A DNA stretch of 43,018 nt from an uncultured Candidatus Saccharibacteria bacterium (GTDB lineage Bacteria > Patescibacteriota > Saccharimonadia > Saccharimonadales > SZUA-47): assembly GCA_964419675.1 (NCBI GenBank), contig CAYQPN010000001.1, positions 44,885 through 87,902 on the forward strand. Direction: 5' to 3'. Position 1 is the stretch's first letter. Every line of letters starts with the position of its first letter. The notes under the pieces are model-generated. The model was given only the letters and a program-made list of their open reading frames with translations, did not search any database and was not told the origin of the DNA. The position numbers and the translations under genes were made by a program. This document shows, piece by piece, positions 7,863 through 17,704 of the stretch.

Positions 7863-9553
7863 GCATAAAAAAAAGTCATGTAAAAATGGCTCCTAGCCAC
7901 GAACTATCTCAGTCTGCTACTGCCTCAAAAGATACGATATATATTGATGTTGATGACGAGATAACCTCAGTTATTGAACGTGTTGATAGGGCAAAGCATA
8001 AGGTTGTGGCTTTAGTATTGCCAAAACACGTTACTGTCTTTCAAAGTGCGGTGAACATGAAGCTTCTAAAAAAAGCGTCATTAAACTCCTCAAAAAACTT
8101 AGTACTTATCACCTCTGATAAAAGCGTTATAGCAATTTGCGCTGCAGCTGGAATCCATGTGGCAAAAACGCTTTCTACCAAGCCAGAGATTCCGATGCGC
8201 ATTAAGACCCATAGTTACGACGAGGGTTCGGCCGGTTCAACCGAAAAACTGGAGTTAGAAAGCGAACAGTTATCCACCAGTCCAAAAACTACTGATAGTG
8301 ACATTATTGAGCTAGACAATAGCGATTCTGCGTTGAAAGGTAAAGAAAACACAAACGTAAAAGAAAAATCATCAAAATTTAAAATACCGGACTTCGGGAA
8401 CTTTAGAGTTAAACTAGGAGTTTCGGTTTTAGCATTAGTCCTATTAATCGTCGGTTGGGTGTACGCATTCGTGATTGCCCCAAAAGCGACAGTTACTATT
8501 AACACAGATGTCTCAACCAGTGCCGTTGACGCTAAAATTGTCGCCAAAGTAGGTAGTGCAACCTTTGACCTTGAACAAAACATAATTCCAGCGCAACTTG
8601 TTCAAGTCGAAAAGCAGGATACAGCTACGGTTCCTGCAACCGGCAAAAAGAATGTAGGTCAAAAAGCAATCGGTACAATGACTCTTACTAACTGTATTAA
8701 TGACGGGGAAGACAAGATAATACCCGCTGGCACAACATTTTCTTCCGGTAGTTTTAATTTTGTAACTACAGAACAAGTAACGATTCCTTTTGCAATCTAT
8801 GCAGGAAAAACATGTAAGAGCAGTGAATTTGGTAGGCAAAAAGACGTTGGCGTGATCGCTTCCCAATCTGGTTCTGACTACAACATCGCCGCGCGGTCCT
8901 ACACCTCAAGCATTAGCGGAATTCAAGCCTATGGTTCAGATATGAGTGGTGGAACCAACGATTATATAACTGTCGTTTCAGCAGAAGACGTTGATAATGC
9001 CAAAAAACAGTTGAGCGGTGTAAGTAAAACTGCAGCATTGGAAGATATGAAAAAGCAGTTGACAGAGCTTGGGTTAAAATCGATTGATGAAACTATTACG
9101 GAGGGTAAACCTGAAGAATCAGTCACGCCAGCCGTCGATAAAGAGGCTAAAGAGGTTAAAGTAACGGTTGCTATCAACTATAGCTTAATCGGTGTTTCAG
9201 AGGAGCAGTTGGTTAGTATCCTAGACAATGAAATATCTAAGAACCTTGTAGATAAAAAGCAAAATGTTAGAAGTAACGGACTAGATAAATTAGTCTTTAG
9301 GGTTCTAGAAAAACCTTCTGAGGCTGAAACAGTTTTAAATATTCAAACAATCGCAACTGTTGGGCCGGAAATTGATGTTGAGCAGATAAAACGCGACGTT
9401 GTTGGCAAAAAGCGCGGTGATATTGAAAAGCAGATTGAATCGTTGAGTGGTGTTCGTTCAGTAAGTGTTGAATATAGCCCGGTTTGGATAACTACAACTC
9501 CAAAAAGTGTTGATAAAATTGAAGTAATTATTTCTGAGCAAGATGGTCAATAA
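7859..9553 (+). CDS. Bitopic membrane protein with a large extracellular beta-rich domain (baseplate-J-like by recollection)
   Basis: N-terminal IYIDVDDEITSVI...VNMKLLKK domain, acidic linker, single TM, then ATGKK..GQKAIGTMT, IPAGTTF, GSDYNI, MSGGT motifs; overlaps the ftsA-like stop. Confidence 0.6.
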   Translation: MSIKKSHVKMAPSHELSQSATASKDTIYIDVDDEITSVIERVDRAKHKVVALVLPKHVTVFQSAVNMKLLKKASLNSSKNLVLITSDKSVIAICAAAGIHVAKTLSTKPEIPMRIKTHSYDEGSAGSTEKLELESEQLSTSPKTTDSDIIELDNSDSALKGKENTNVKEKSSKFKIPDFGNFRVKLGVSVLALVLLIVGWVYAFVIAPKATVTINTDVSTSAVDAKIVAKVGSATFDLEQNIIPAQLVQVEKQDTATVPATGKKNVGQKAIGTMTLTNCINDGEDKIIPAGTTFSSGSFNFVTTEQVTIPFAIYAGKTCKSSEFGRQKDVGVIASQSGSDYNIAARSYTSSISGIQAYGSDMSGGTNDYITVVSAEDVDNAKKQLSGVSKTAALEDMKKQLTELGLKSIDETITEGKPEESVTPAVDKEAKEVKVTVAINYSLIGVSEEQLVSILDNEISKNLVDKKQNVRSNGLDKLVFRVLEKPSEAETVLNIQTIATVGPEIDVEQIKRDVVGKKRGDIEKQIESLSGVRSVSVEYSPVWITTTPKSVDKIEVIISEQDGQ

Positions 9554-9962
9554 ATTGATTGGTGATATCATTGGGCTTGACGTAGGGTCGCGCCGTATAG
9601 GCGTAGCTAGGGTTAGCACGCAGGCTAGACTACCGGAGCCTCTTAAAGTTATAGATATGGGGGCTCAAGAGCCATTTTCAGCCGTTCTAAGCACAATTGA
9701 TACACATTCTGCTGTAGCTGTTGTTGTTGGTCTACCTAGGGGCCTAGATGGTCAAGAAACTTCACAGACCAAATATTGTCGGGATTTTGCCAAGAAATTA
9801 GAGCAAAAAGTCAAAATCCCAGTATTTTTAATAGATGAAGCAGGTACAACTAAAGAAGCAGAACAACGTGCTAAAGGGGTTGAAAGCGTAAGTATTGACA
9901 GTGTTGCGGCGATGATTATATTAGAAGATTTTTTAACTCAATTAGACAGAGGTGAAATATAA
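9543..9962 (+). CDS. yqgF: YqgF/RuvX pre-16S rRNA nuclease
   Basis: GLDVGSRRIGVA; VVVGLP; IDEAGTT; IDSVAAMIILE. Confidence 0.92.
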   Translation: MVNKLIGDIIGLDVGSRRIGVARVSTQARLPEPLKVIDMGAQEPFSAVLSTIDTHSAVAVVVGLPRGLDGQETSQTKYCRDFAKKLEQKVKIPVFLIDEAGTTKEAEQRAKGVESVSIDSVAAMIILEDFLTQLDRGEI

Positions 9963-11008
9963 TGACGACGTACCACAAAAAAAGAGGGATAGCTAAGAAA
10001 AGAAAATGGCCCTATATTCTAGCTGGGTCGATTTTAGCTCTAATAATCGGCGTTGTAATTAGTGTTTTTTCTTGGTATACAATTTCTCTGCGTCCTCTAT
10101 CGTCGTCTCAAGAAGAGATAATTATAACGATTCCGGTTGGGGCAACAGTTGAGCAGATAGGCGTAAACCTACAAAGTAACGGTGTGATACGGTCTTCAAA
10201 GGCTTTTGATTGGTACATACGCTTAAAAGGTTTTAGGGGTCAAATGCAAGCTGGTGGCTATAAATTTACTCCCTCTCAATCGGTTGAGGAAATAGTTAGA
10301 AACATCGCTGACGGGCGTGTAGCAACAGATTTAGTAACCATATTGCCAGCACAGAGATTGGACCAGTTGGAAGCTTCTTTTCTTGTAGCTGGTTATAGTC
10401 ATGAAGAAGTTTTAAACTCCCTCAACCCCGCTAACTATGCTGGCCACCCAGCGCTAGCAGATAAACCCGCAGATGCATCGCTGGAGGGCTATCTTTATCC
10501 AGAGAGTTTCCAAAGGTCTTCTACAACGAAACTGGACACCGTAATCGGAGCAAGTTTAGACGAAATGGCAAAAGCGCTAACACCTGAACTAAAATCGGCT
10601 TTCCAAAAGCAAGGCTTAACAGTTCATCAGGCGGTTATTCTGGCCTCAATTGTTGAAAAAGAGGTTAGTAATTCCCAAGACCGCCCAATAGTTGCACAGG
10701 TATTCTTGAAACGCTATAAATCCGGGATAATGCTGGGCTCAGATGTAACAGCCTTTTATGGTGCTAAAATAGTAGATGCAGAACCGTCGGTTACATTCGA
10801 TAGTCCGTATAACACGCGTATTTACAGTGGTTTGCCCCCCGGCCCCATTAATAACGTTGGAGCCGAATCGCTTAGGGCGGTTGCGTTTCCGGCCGACACA
10901 GACTATCTATATTTTGTATCTGGTGATGACGGGAAAACGTACTTCTCGTATACTCTTGCCGAGCATGAATCGCTTACCGCGCAACATTGTATAGAATTAT
11001 GCAATTAG
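9962..11008 (+). CDS. mltG: Endolytic transglycosylase MltG
   Basis: N-terminal TM; LEGYLYPES; LASIVEKE; SPYNTR..GLPPGPINN; YLYFV. Confidence 0.95.
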   Translation: MTTYHKKRGIAKKRKWPYILAGSILALIIGVVISVFSWYTISLRPLSSSQEEIIITIPVGATVEQIGVNLQSNGVIRSSKAFDWYIRLKGFRGQMQAGGYKFTPSQSVEEIVRNIADGRVATDLVTILPAQRLDQLEASFLVAGYSHEEVLNSLNPANYAGHPALADKPADASLEGYLYPESFQRSSTTKLDTVIGASLDEMAKALTPELKSAFQKQGLTVHQAVILASIVEKEVSNSQDRPIVAQVFLKRYKSGIMLGSDVTAFYGAKIVDAEPSVTFDSPYNTRIYSGLPPGPINNVGAESLRAVAFPADTDYLYFVSGDDGKTYFSYTLAEHESLTAQHCIELCN

Positions 11009-11047
11009 TCAATTTATTTAACAGGGGTAGGGAGCGCTTTTAATAGG

Positions 11048-11076
11048 TTGACACATATATCTGTGCCTGCTATACT
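11048..11076 (+). promoter_or_regulatory. Sigma70-type promoter TTGACA-17 nt-TATACT with extended TG
   Basis: ttgaca 11048-11053; tgc-tatact 11068-11076. Confidence 0.8.
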
Positions 11077-11082
11077 CTTCTC

Positions 11083-11250
11083 TTGTAGTAACACTTTAGA
11101 ACCCTAGATACATAAGTTCTAAGAAAGACTACCCGTAAGCTGTTAAATATGTAATAAATAATCGAGGCAGGTCGAACTACCTCGAAATAAATTAACTAAC
11201 CCCAGCTATTGCGGAAGGTGCATCAGAAGATGAAGACTAGCACCAGGAGA
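11083..11250 (+). ncRNA. Structured 5' leader of the LysM/CHAP gene (candidate cis-regulatory RNA, possibly the lysM-TM7 motif)
   Basis: Nested stems gtagt/actac + ttagaac/gttctaa; ccgtaa/ttgcgg + gctg/cagc + tcgaggcag/ctacctcga; ggtgc/gcacc directly before SD AGGAG. Confidence 0.6.
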
Positions 11251-11255
11251 GATTC

Positions 11256-12431
11256 ATTCGTACGTCAAATATTATTGCTAACACAACGGCTCAGCCGGTC
11301 GCGAAGCAAGTTAATACAGTAAAAGAGGTGGTGCAAAAGAAATTGCGCCACCAATTATTTAGAAGCAAGAAGCGGGTTGTTCGCAATGGCTTAGTTGCGG
11401 TAAACGCTGCTTTAATTATAGCTGTAGGTGGATTTGTATTGTCCAGTCGTTCTCCGCAAACGCAACAATCTGGTCCAGTTCTTAACACTAAGCTTGCTAG
11501 TGCGGTTGCCGATCCCCTAGATACAGTTTCTAGTGCTGATATTGCAGTTCAGATTGCTCAACTAGCTCGAATGGAAGAAGCTGTTGCAGTTGCTAATAAC
11601 GCCGATACTGTAAATTCACAGCTCGAGACAGTTCCTACTGACTCGCAAGTTGTGACTAAACCTCAAATTGTCGAGACGGCTCTAAAGTCTAAGGATGACG
11701 TGCAAGTCTATGTCGCTGTAGAAGGTGATACCGTTGCAAGTATTGCAGAACGTTTTGGCGTGACAACCGACACGGTTCGATGGTCCAATAACATTACTGG
11801 GGCTACTGTGAACGCTGGAACTGAACTTAAGATTCCGCCAGTAAATGGACTAATTTATACTGTTAAAAGTGGAGATACAGTTGATTCTATTACCAGTAAG
11901 TACAGCGCGAATAAAGATCAGCTAATAGCATTTAACGATGCAGAACTAGCCGGCATTGCGGAAGGTGACGAGATTGTTATCCCTGATGGCAAAGTACCTG
12001 TAACGGTTAGATATAGTGCGCCGACGTATTCTGGTTTCAGGTACGGCTCTGCCGCAGTTTATGGCTATAACGGATATGATTACGGATACTGTACTTGGTA
12101 TGTCGCGAATAAAAGAACAGATATAGGACGTCCTATTCCTGCAAATCTAGGAAATGCTAGTACCTGGAAGGTCTTAGCACAGAGGGCGGGCGTCTCAACA
12201 GGTAACACTCCTCAAGCAGGCGCAGTAATCTGGACTCCACCTCGAGACTACTACGGTCACGTAGGTTATGTAGAGCAGGTGCTGGACGACGGCAGTGTAT
12301 GGGTATCAGAAATGAACACCCGCGGATTTACGACGATGGATTTAAACGGAGATAGAGGCGGTGGTTGGGGACGAGTAAGTTATAGATTGTTATCACCTGA
12401 ACAAGCGGCTAACTATAGCTACATCTACTAG
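11256..12431 (+). CDS. LysM x2 + CHAP peptidoglycan hydrolase; probable ATT start at 11256 (ORF track start GTG 11328)
   Basis: TM segment; LysM repeats (EGDTVASIAERFGV; VKSGDTVDSI); CHAP motifs YDYGYCTWY and YYGHVGYVE...VSEMN. Confidence 0.9.
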   Translation: MRTSNIIANTTAQPVAKQVNTVKEVVQKKLRHQLFRSKKRVVRNGLVAVNAALIIAVGGFVLSSRSPQTQQSGPVLNTKLASAVADPLDTVSSADIAVQIAQLARMEEAVAVANNADTVNSQLETVPTDSQVVTKPQIVETALKSKDDVQVYVAVEGDTVASIAERFGVTTDTVRWSNNITGATVNAGTELKIPPVNGLIYTVKSGDTVDSITSKYSANKDQLIAFNDAELAGIAEGDEIVIPDGKVPVTVRYSAPTYSGFRYGSAAVYGYNGYDYGYCTWYVANKRTDIGRPIPANLGNASTWKVLAQRAGVSTGNTPQAGAVIWTPPRDYYGHVGYVEQVLDDGSVWVSEMNTRGFTTMDLNGDRGGGWGRVSYRLLSPEQAANYSYIY

Positions 12432-12606
12432 GCTAACTGAAAATTAACCATTGGCAATTAGACACTAGCTTTAGATTAAAGATATGCAATTTGCATTTTA
12501 GTTCGCATTTAATTGACTTGTAAATTATCAACCGCTTACCATGTAGCCCGTAATGGCTAAATGATAATTGCTAATTCATGGCTAATAGATAATTGCCATA
12601 CAATAA

Positions 12607-13931
<1,325 letters not shown>

Positions 13932-13932
<1 letters not shown>

Positions 13933-14561
13933 TGACCATTGAGTCTGGCGCTGATATTCAACGTGCCTCTACGGGGGCGAGTATACTTGCACTAGGTACA
14001 ACTCTTGCTAGGCTAGCTCTTATTCCTCCGGCCGTTAATTCTATACGAGAAGGTGATGTTGAAGCGACGGGGGTGTGGATGGGGGTGATAGTAGGAGCAG
14101 ACATCGCTGATGGAGTTCTAACAAGAGCTGTTAATGTAAATGCAGATGGCCCTATTAGGAGAGTTACAGATGGATTAGTTGATAAAGTGACGGCACTAGG
14201 CTGTTTTGCATCATTAGCAAGTACACATCCTGAGACAATGTTTTGGTACTCACCCCTTGCTGTGAGGGGTGTTTTGGCGGCTAGTCAAAATGTTTATAAT
14301 TTCGTAAAAAAGAAAATAATTATTGTTGGTTCCGGTTGGCACAGATTAGCGCTCCTATCTCAAGTTGGCTTAGGTGGCGCGCTGGTTGCTGATGAGCCGT
14401 TGCCAATAAAAATAGTAAGTGCTGCTACGGCTTATTCAGTAAACACACTACATACAATGAGCTATAGGGGTAATTCATACGAGCTCGAAAAGTCTACACA
14501 TTACTCAACAAGAAAGATTTCAGGCTTTTCAGGAGTAAGAAAATTCATAGGTAAGAATTGA
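13932..14561 (+). CDS. CDP-alcohol phosphatidyltransferase family membrane protein (divergent)
   Basis: TLARL; DIADGVLTR...G...DGLVDK matches the DxxDGxxAR...GxxxDxxxD signature. Confidence 0.7.
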
Positions 14562-14587
14562 AATTTAATCGGTGATACACTTTAGCT

Positions 14588-16012
14588 ATGACATTTTATT
14601 TTTATGACTTAGAGACCTCCAGCGGTAGCCCCAGGACGGGGCGGATAATGCAGTTTGCTGGGCAGAGAACTGATGAACACTTAAAACCTATCGGTGAACC
14701 AGATAATATACTTATCAAGTTAAGTAACGAAGTCTTACCAGAACCAGATGCAATCTTAGTTCATGGAATAACTCCCCAGAAAACGCTGGAAGAAGGTATA
14801 ACTGAAGCTGAATTTGTAAAATATTTTCAGCAAAAAGTATCCCTGCCCAACACGATATTTGTTGGCTACAATAACATCCGCTTTGACGATGAATTTATGC
14901 GCCTGATTTGCTATAGGACGTTCTTTGACCCCTATCAATGGCACTGGAAAGACGGTAGAAGCCGTTGGGATTTACTAGACCCAATGCGCATGATGCGCGC
15001 TTTGCGTCCTGAAGGCCTAAGATGGCCTGACATAGACGGTAAGCCAACGGTAAAGCTAGGCTTAATGGCTAAAGAAAACGGTTTTTTGCACGATAAAGCA
15101 CACGACGCGCTTAGCGATGTTCAAGCCTTAATTCAGCTGGCAGTTGCTTTCAAAAAATCACAGCCTAAGCTTTATTCATATTTACTTGAAACTAGAGACA
15201 AAAAGAAGGTTGCAAATTTGGTTTTGGGGTCGGCGCCTTATGTTTACTGTTCAGGAAAGTACAAGAGCGAATATCAAAAAACTTCTGTAGTACAGACTTT
15301 GTTTAAGCACCCTAGAATTGACGCCGCTATTGTGTACGATTTACGTGAAGATCCAGAAAAATGGTTTAAAAAATCAACAGCTGAGCTGGTTGAACATTGG
15401 CAAGTAAGATACGGCGATGAAATGGAGCAGTTACCGGTTAAAACAATTAAATTCAATAAATGTCCAGCGGTTGCCCCGCTTGGAGTGCTAGACAAAGAAA
15501 GTAAAAAACGAATCTTAATTGATATGAAGCAAATTGAAGAAAACAGACAAAAACTGGTAGCCAATGTTGAGTTTAATGAAAATTTGCAAAAAGCACTCGA
15601 CATTATTGAAAAAGCCCAGCAAACAAGCTTTGCTCTAAACGATTCAGTAGACGAACAGCTCTACGACGGTTTTTGGGGTGATAATGATCAAGCAGAACTC
15701 ACAAAAGTTAGAGACACTGAACCCGAAAATCTAGGAGAATTAAGAAAGTCATTGAAAAACAAGCGGATTCGAGAAATGGTACCACTTTATAAGGCCCGCA
15801 ATTTCCCGGGGTCGTTAAATGCCGATGAAAGAGAAGAATGGGAAAAATATCGTCATAATTTATTAATTGAAGGTGGCGAAAAGAGTAGATTTAGCAAGTT
15901 TTATATGCGATTACAAGAAATACTAAAAACAAACAGTTTATCAAAAAATGACGAGTTTCTGCTTACCGAATTGCAGTTATATGCCGAATCAATAATGCCG
16001 GATATCGCTTAA
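14588..16012 (+). CDS. sbcB: Exodeoxyribonuclease I
   Basis: YDLETS; QFAGQRTD; GYNNIRFDDEF; SRWDLLD; AHDALSDV; NKCPAVAP; QLYDGF; YKARNFP. Confidence 0.95.
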   Translation: MTFYFYDLETSSGSPRTGRIMQFAGQRTDEHLKPIGEPDNILIKLSNEVLPEPDAILVHGITPQKTLEEGITEAEFVKYFQQKVSLPNTIFVGYNNIRFDDEFMRLICYRTFFDPYQWHWKDGRSRWDLLDPMRMMRALRPEGLRWPDIDGKPTVKLGLMAKENGFLHDKAHDALSDVQALIQLAVAFKKSQPKLYSYLLETRDKKKVANLVLGSAPYVYCSGKYKSEYQKTSVVQTLFKHPRIDAAIVYDLREDPEKWFKKSTAELVEHWQVRYGDEMEQLPVKTIKFNKCPAVAPLGVLDKESKKRILIDMKQIEENRQKLVANVEFNENLQKALDIIEKAQQTSFALNDSVDEQLYDGFWGDNDQAELTKVRDTEPENLGELRKSLKNKRIREMVPLYKARNFPGSLNADEREEWEKYRHNLLIEGGEKSRFSKFYMRLQEILKTNSLSKNDEFLLTELQLYAESIMPDIA

Positions 16013-16185
16013 ATTGTAATACTGTTGATAAAATCAGTAATTTGGCGTTTGATTTGCCGGTGCTCTTTAACTAATAGACGAATTAAATATGCTAAAGTCG
16101 CGTATCCTGCAACTGTTGCTACTAACCCAAAACTAATTTGTACGTCAGTGCCCGGGACTAAACCAAGAATAATAAATTGCTCCAC
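16009..16185 (-). CDS. Small 58-aa membrane protein missed by the ORF track
   Basis: GTG start; MEQFIILGLVPGTDVQISFGLVATVAGYATLAYLIRLLVKEHRQIKRQITDFINSITI*; one TM then a basic tail; co-oriented with 16244..16666; stop overlaps the sbcB stop. Confidence 0.65.
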   Translation of the reverse strand: MEQFIILGLVPGTDVQISFGLVATVAGYATLAYLIRLLVKEHRQIKRQITDFINSITI

Positions 16186-16243
16186 TTGCTACTCACACCG
16201 TTTAATTAAAGCTTATGGTAGCATAAAGTTGCTATAAATGCAA

Positions 16244-16666
16244 CTACTTTTTACCGTAACGCTTAAGCATTTTTTCTAGTTTAGAAATTCTATTTCTATT
16301 TAGTACGGCAATAGTTGTTGAACTTGCTATTAGACCAATGCTTAAACCTTGTAATATCCAGTGATTATTTGTAAAACTCAGTACTATTCCCCCGGTTAAG
16401 ATTAATAGTGCTACCGAATCCCAAACTCTTTCAATCAGTAATTTACTTGGGAATATAATGCCTCTCAAAGACTTAGAATGCTTTTTAACGTACTGAAGCA
16501 TATTATCAGCCCAGTCATGATTGACCGCTAGTAGTCCAAGACCCGCAATAATTAGAGGTATTCCACCAGGCCCAGGTATTGGGCCCAAGAACGGTACAGC
16601 AAGCAGGCAAAGAACACCGGCAGTATCGGTCAACACACGTTTAAAAAGCGGTTGCTTTGAAGCCAT
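16244..16666 (-). CDS. PGPGW-family membrane protein
   Basis: PIPGPGGIPLIIAGLGLLA...WA motif; about 4 TMs; TATAAT 7 nt upstream of the ATG. Confidence 0.7.
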   Translation of the reverse strand: MASKQPLFKRVLTDTAGVLCLLAVPFLGPIPGPGGIPLIIAGLGLLAVNHDWADNMLQYVKKHSKSLRGIIFPSKLLIERVWDSVALLILTGGIVLSFTNNHWILQGLSIGLIASSTTIAVLNRNRISKLEKMLKRYGKK

Positions 16667-16754
16667 GATAATAATTATACGTTATGAACTTGCATAAATA
16701 GCTTCAGGTGCTAAACTAAAATCATAAGCTTAACTAGTTGAGGGAAAAACAAAG

Positions 16755-17657
16755 ATGAGTGACAAAAGAATTGGTTTTGGGAGGAATGCGTTGAGATCGA
16801 ATCTTAGAGACCGGAATTCAATGGTTCTGGTTGACCAGGTGGTTTTGCCCCACAGAGGATTTTTCGTACCAGCTTTTGGAGTAAGAAGGCAATTATTCCC
16901 AAATGATGCTGCAATTGAGTTTCATGCAAAATTGACAGAGTACTGCGAAAGAAAGCCGTATAGGGCATACGATTTACGCCAAATGGGTATAACTGTATTG
17001 GACAAGAGTAGACTTGTTGGTGTATTTCATCGATCTGATGTTCAGCCAGATCCAGCGCAAATGTTACAACTTGCAAAAAACGTCCGGGAAGCGATAGGGC
17101 TATGCGTAAAATCGAAACCCCACTTACTAGCAGTTCCAATGGGTAATGTAGCTGTATTTGGAAATCGAAATAACAAAATTTGTGCAACACTTGATGGATG
17201 GAGAGGTTTTAAGGGATCCTACGCCAGCAAAGATAGTGCAGGTAGAGTATTAGCTAATGGGCAAATAGTTAGAGAAATAAATGCTTCAGTTGGTGAAGTT
17301 GTACAGTTTATTGACGGTGGAGTGAACGGTGAAGGGGACTACGTAGATATAAGTACTCGTGCGATACAAAGACAGTCACCTCACTTTACGTTTGCCGAAA
17401 AAACGCGCGGACAGATTGGGAACAGTGAGCGTGCCGACATTGACGGCCAAATCGGGGAGTTCATGCCCGATGAGCTTGAGTTCTTTGATCCGGTTATACA
17501 TCTTGGTTTATTAACTCCAGGTTGTGAAACAACAGGTTACACAAATAATATGCAAGATGCTACAGAACAAACAGCAGGCCTGTTTGTTAGAAGGCCTAAA
17601 TTTCGAGATTTTGGTAAAGATTTTTTTGAGTCATGCTTTGGTATCGCTGCAGCATAA
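16755..17657 (+). CDS. Hypothetical protein (possible degenerate 2H-phosphoesterase-like fold)
   Basis: 300-aa ORF with SD-like GAGGG; one PHFTF motif. Confidence 0.55.
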   Translation: MSDKRIGFGRNALRSNLRDRNSMVLVDQVVLPHRGFFVPAFGVRRQLFPNDAAIEFHAKLTEYCERKPYRAYDLRQMGITVLDKSRLVGVFHRSDVQPDPAQMLQLAKNVREAIGLCVKSKPHLLAVPMGNVAVFGNRNNKICATLDGWRGFKGSYASKDSAGRVLANGQIVREINASVGEVVQFIDGGVNGEGDYVDISTRAIQRQSPHFTFAEKTRGQIGNSERADIDGQIGEFMPDELEFFDPVIHLGLLTPGCETTGYTNNMQDATEQTAGLFVRRPKFRDFGKDFFESCFGIAAA

Positions 17658-17666
17658 ATTCATTGG

Positions 17667-17696
17667 TTGACCAAACTCAATAAGAAACCCTATAAT
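17667..17696 (+). promoter_or_regulatory. uvrA promoter TTGACC-18 nt-TATAAT, 8 nt before the ATG
   Basis: Read directly from the sequence. Confidence 0.55.
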
Positions 17697-17704
17697 AGTA
17701 GGTC

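Noticed and set aside
11083-11250. c-di-AMP (ydaO) riboswitch
   Set aside because: Only fragments (cccgtaagct, ctaacccc) resemble it; the GCUGAAUCC and GGGGUGAAUCC cores are absent.
16025-16237. 70-aa plus-strand ORF
   Set aside because: Antisense shadow of the more plausible minus-strand 58-aa membrane ORF.
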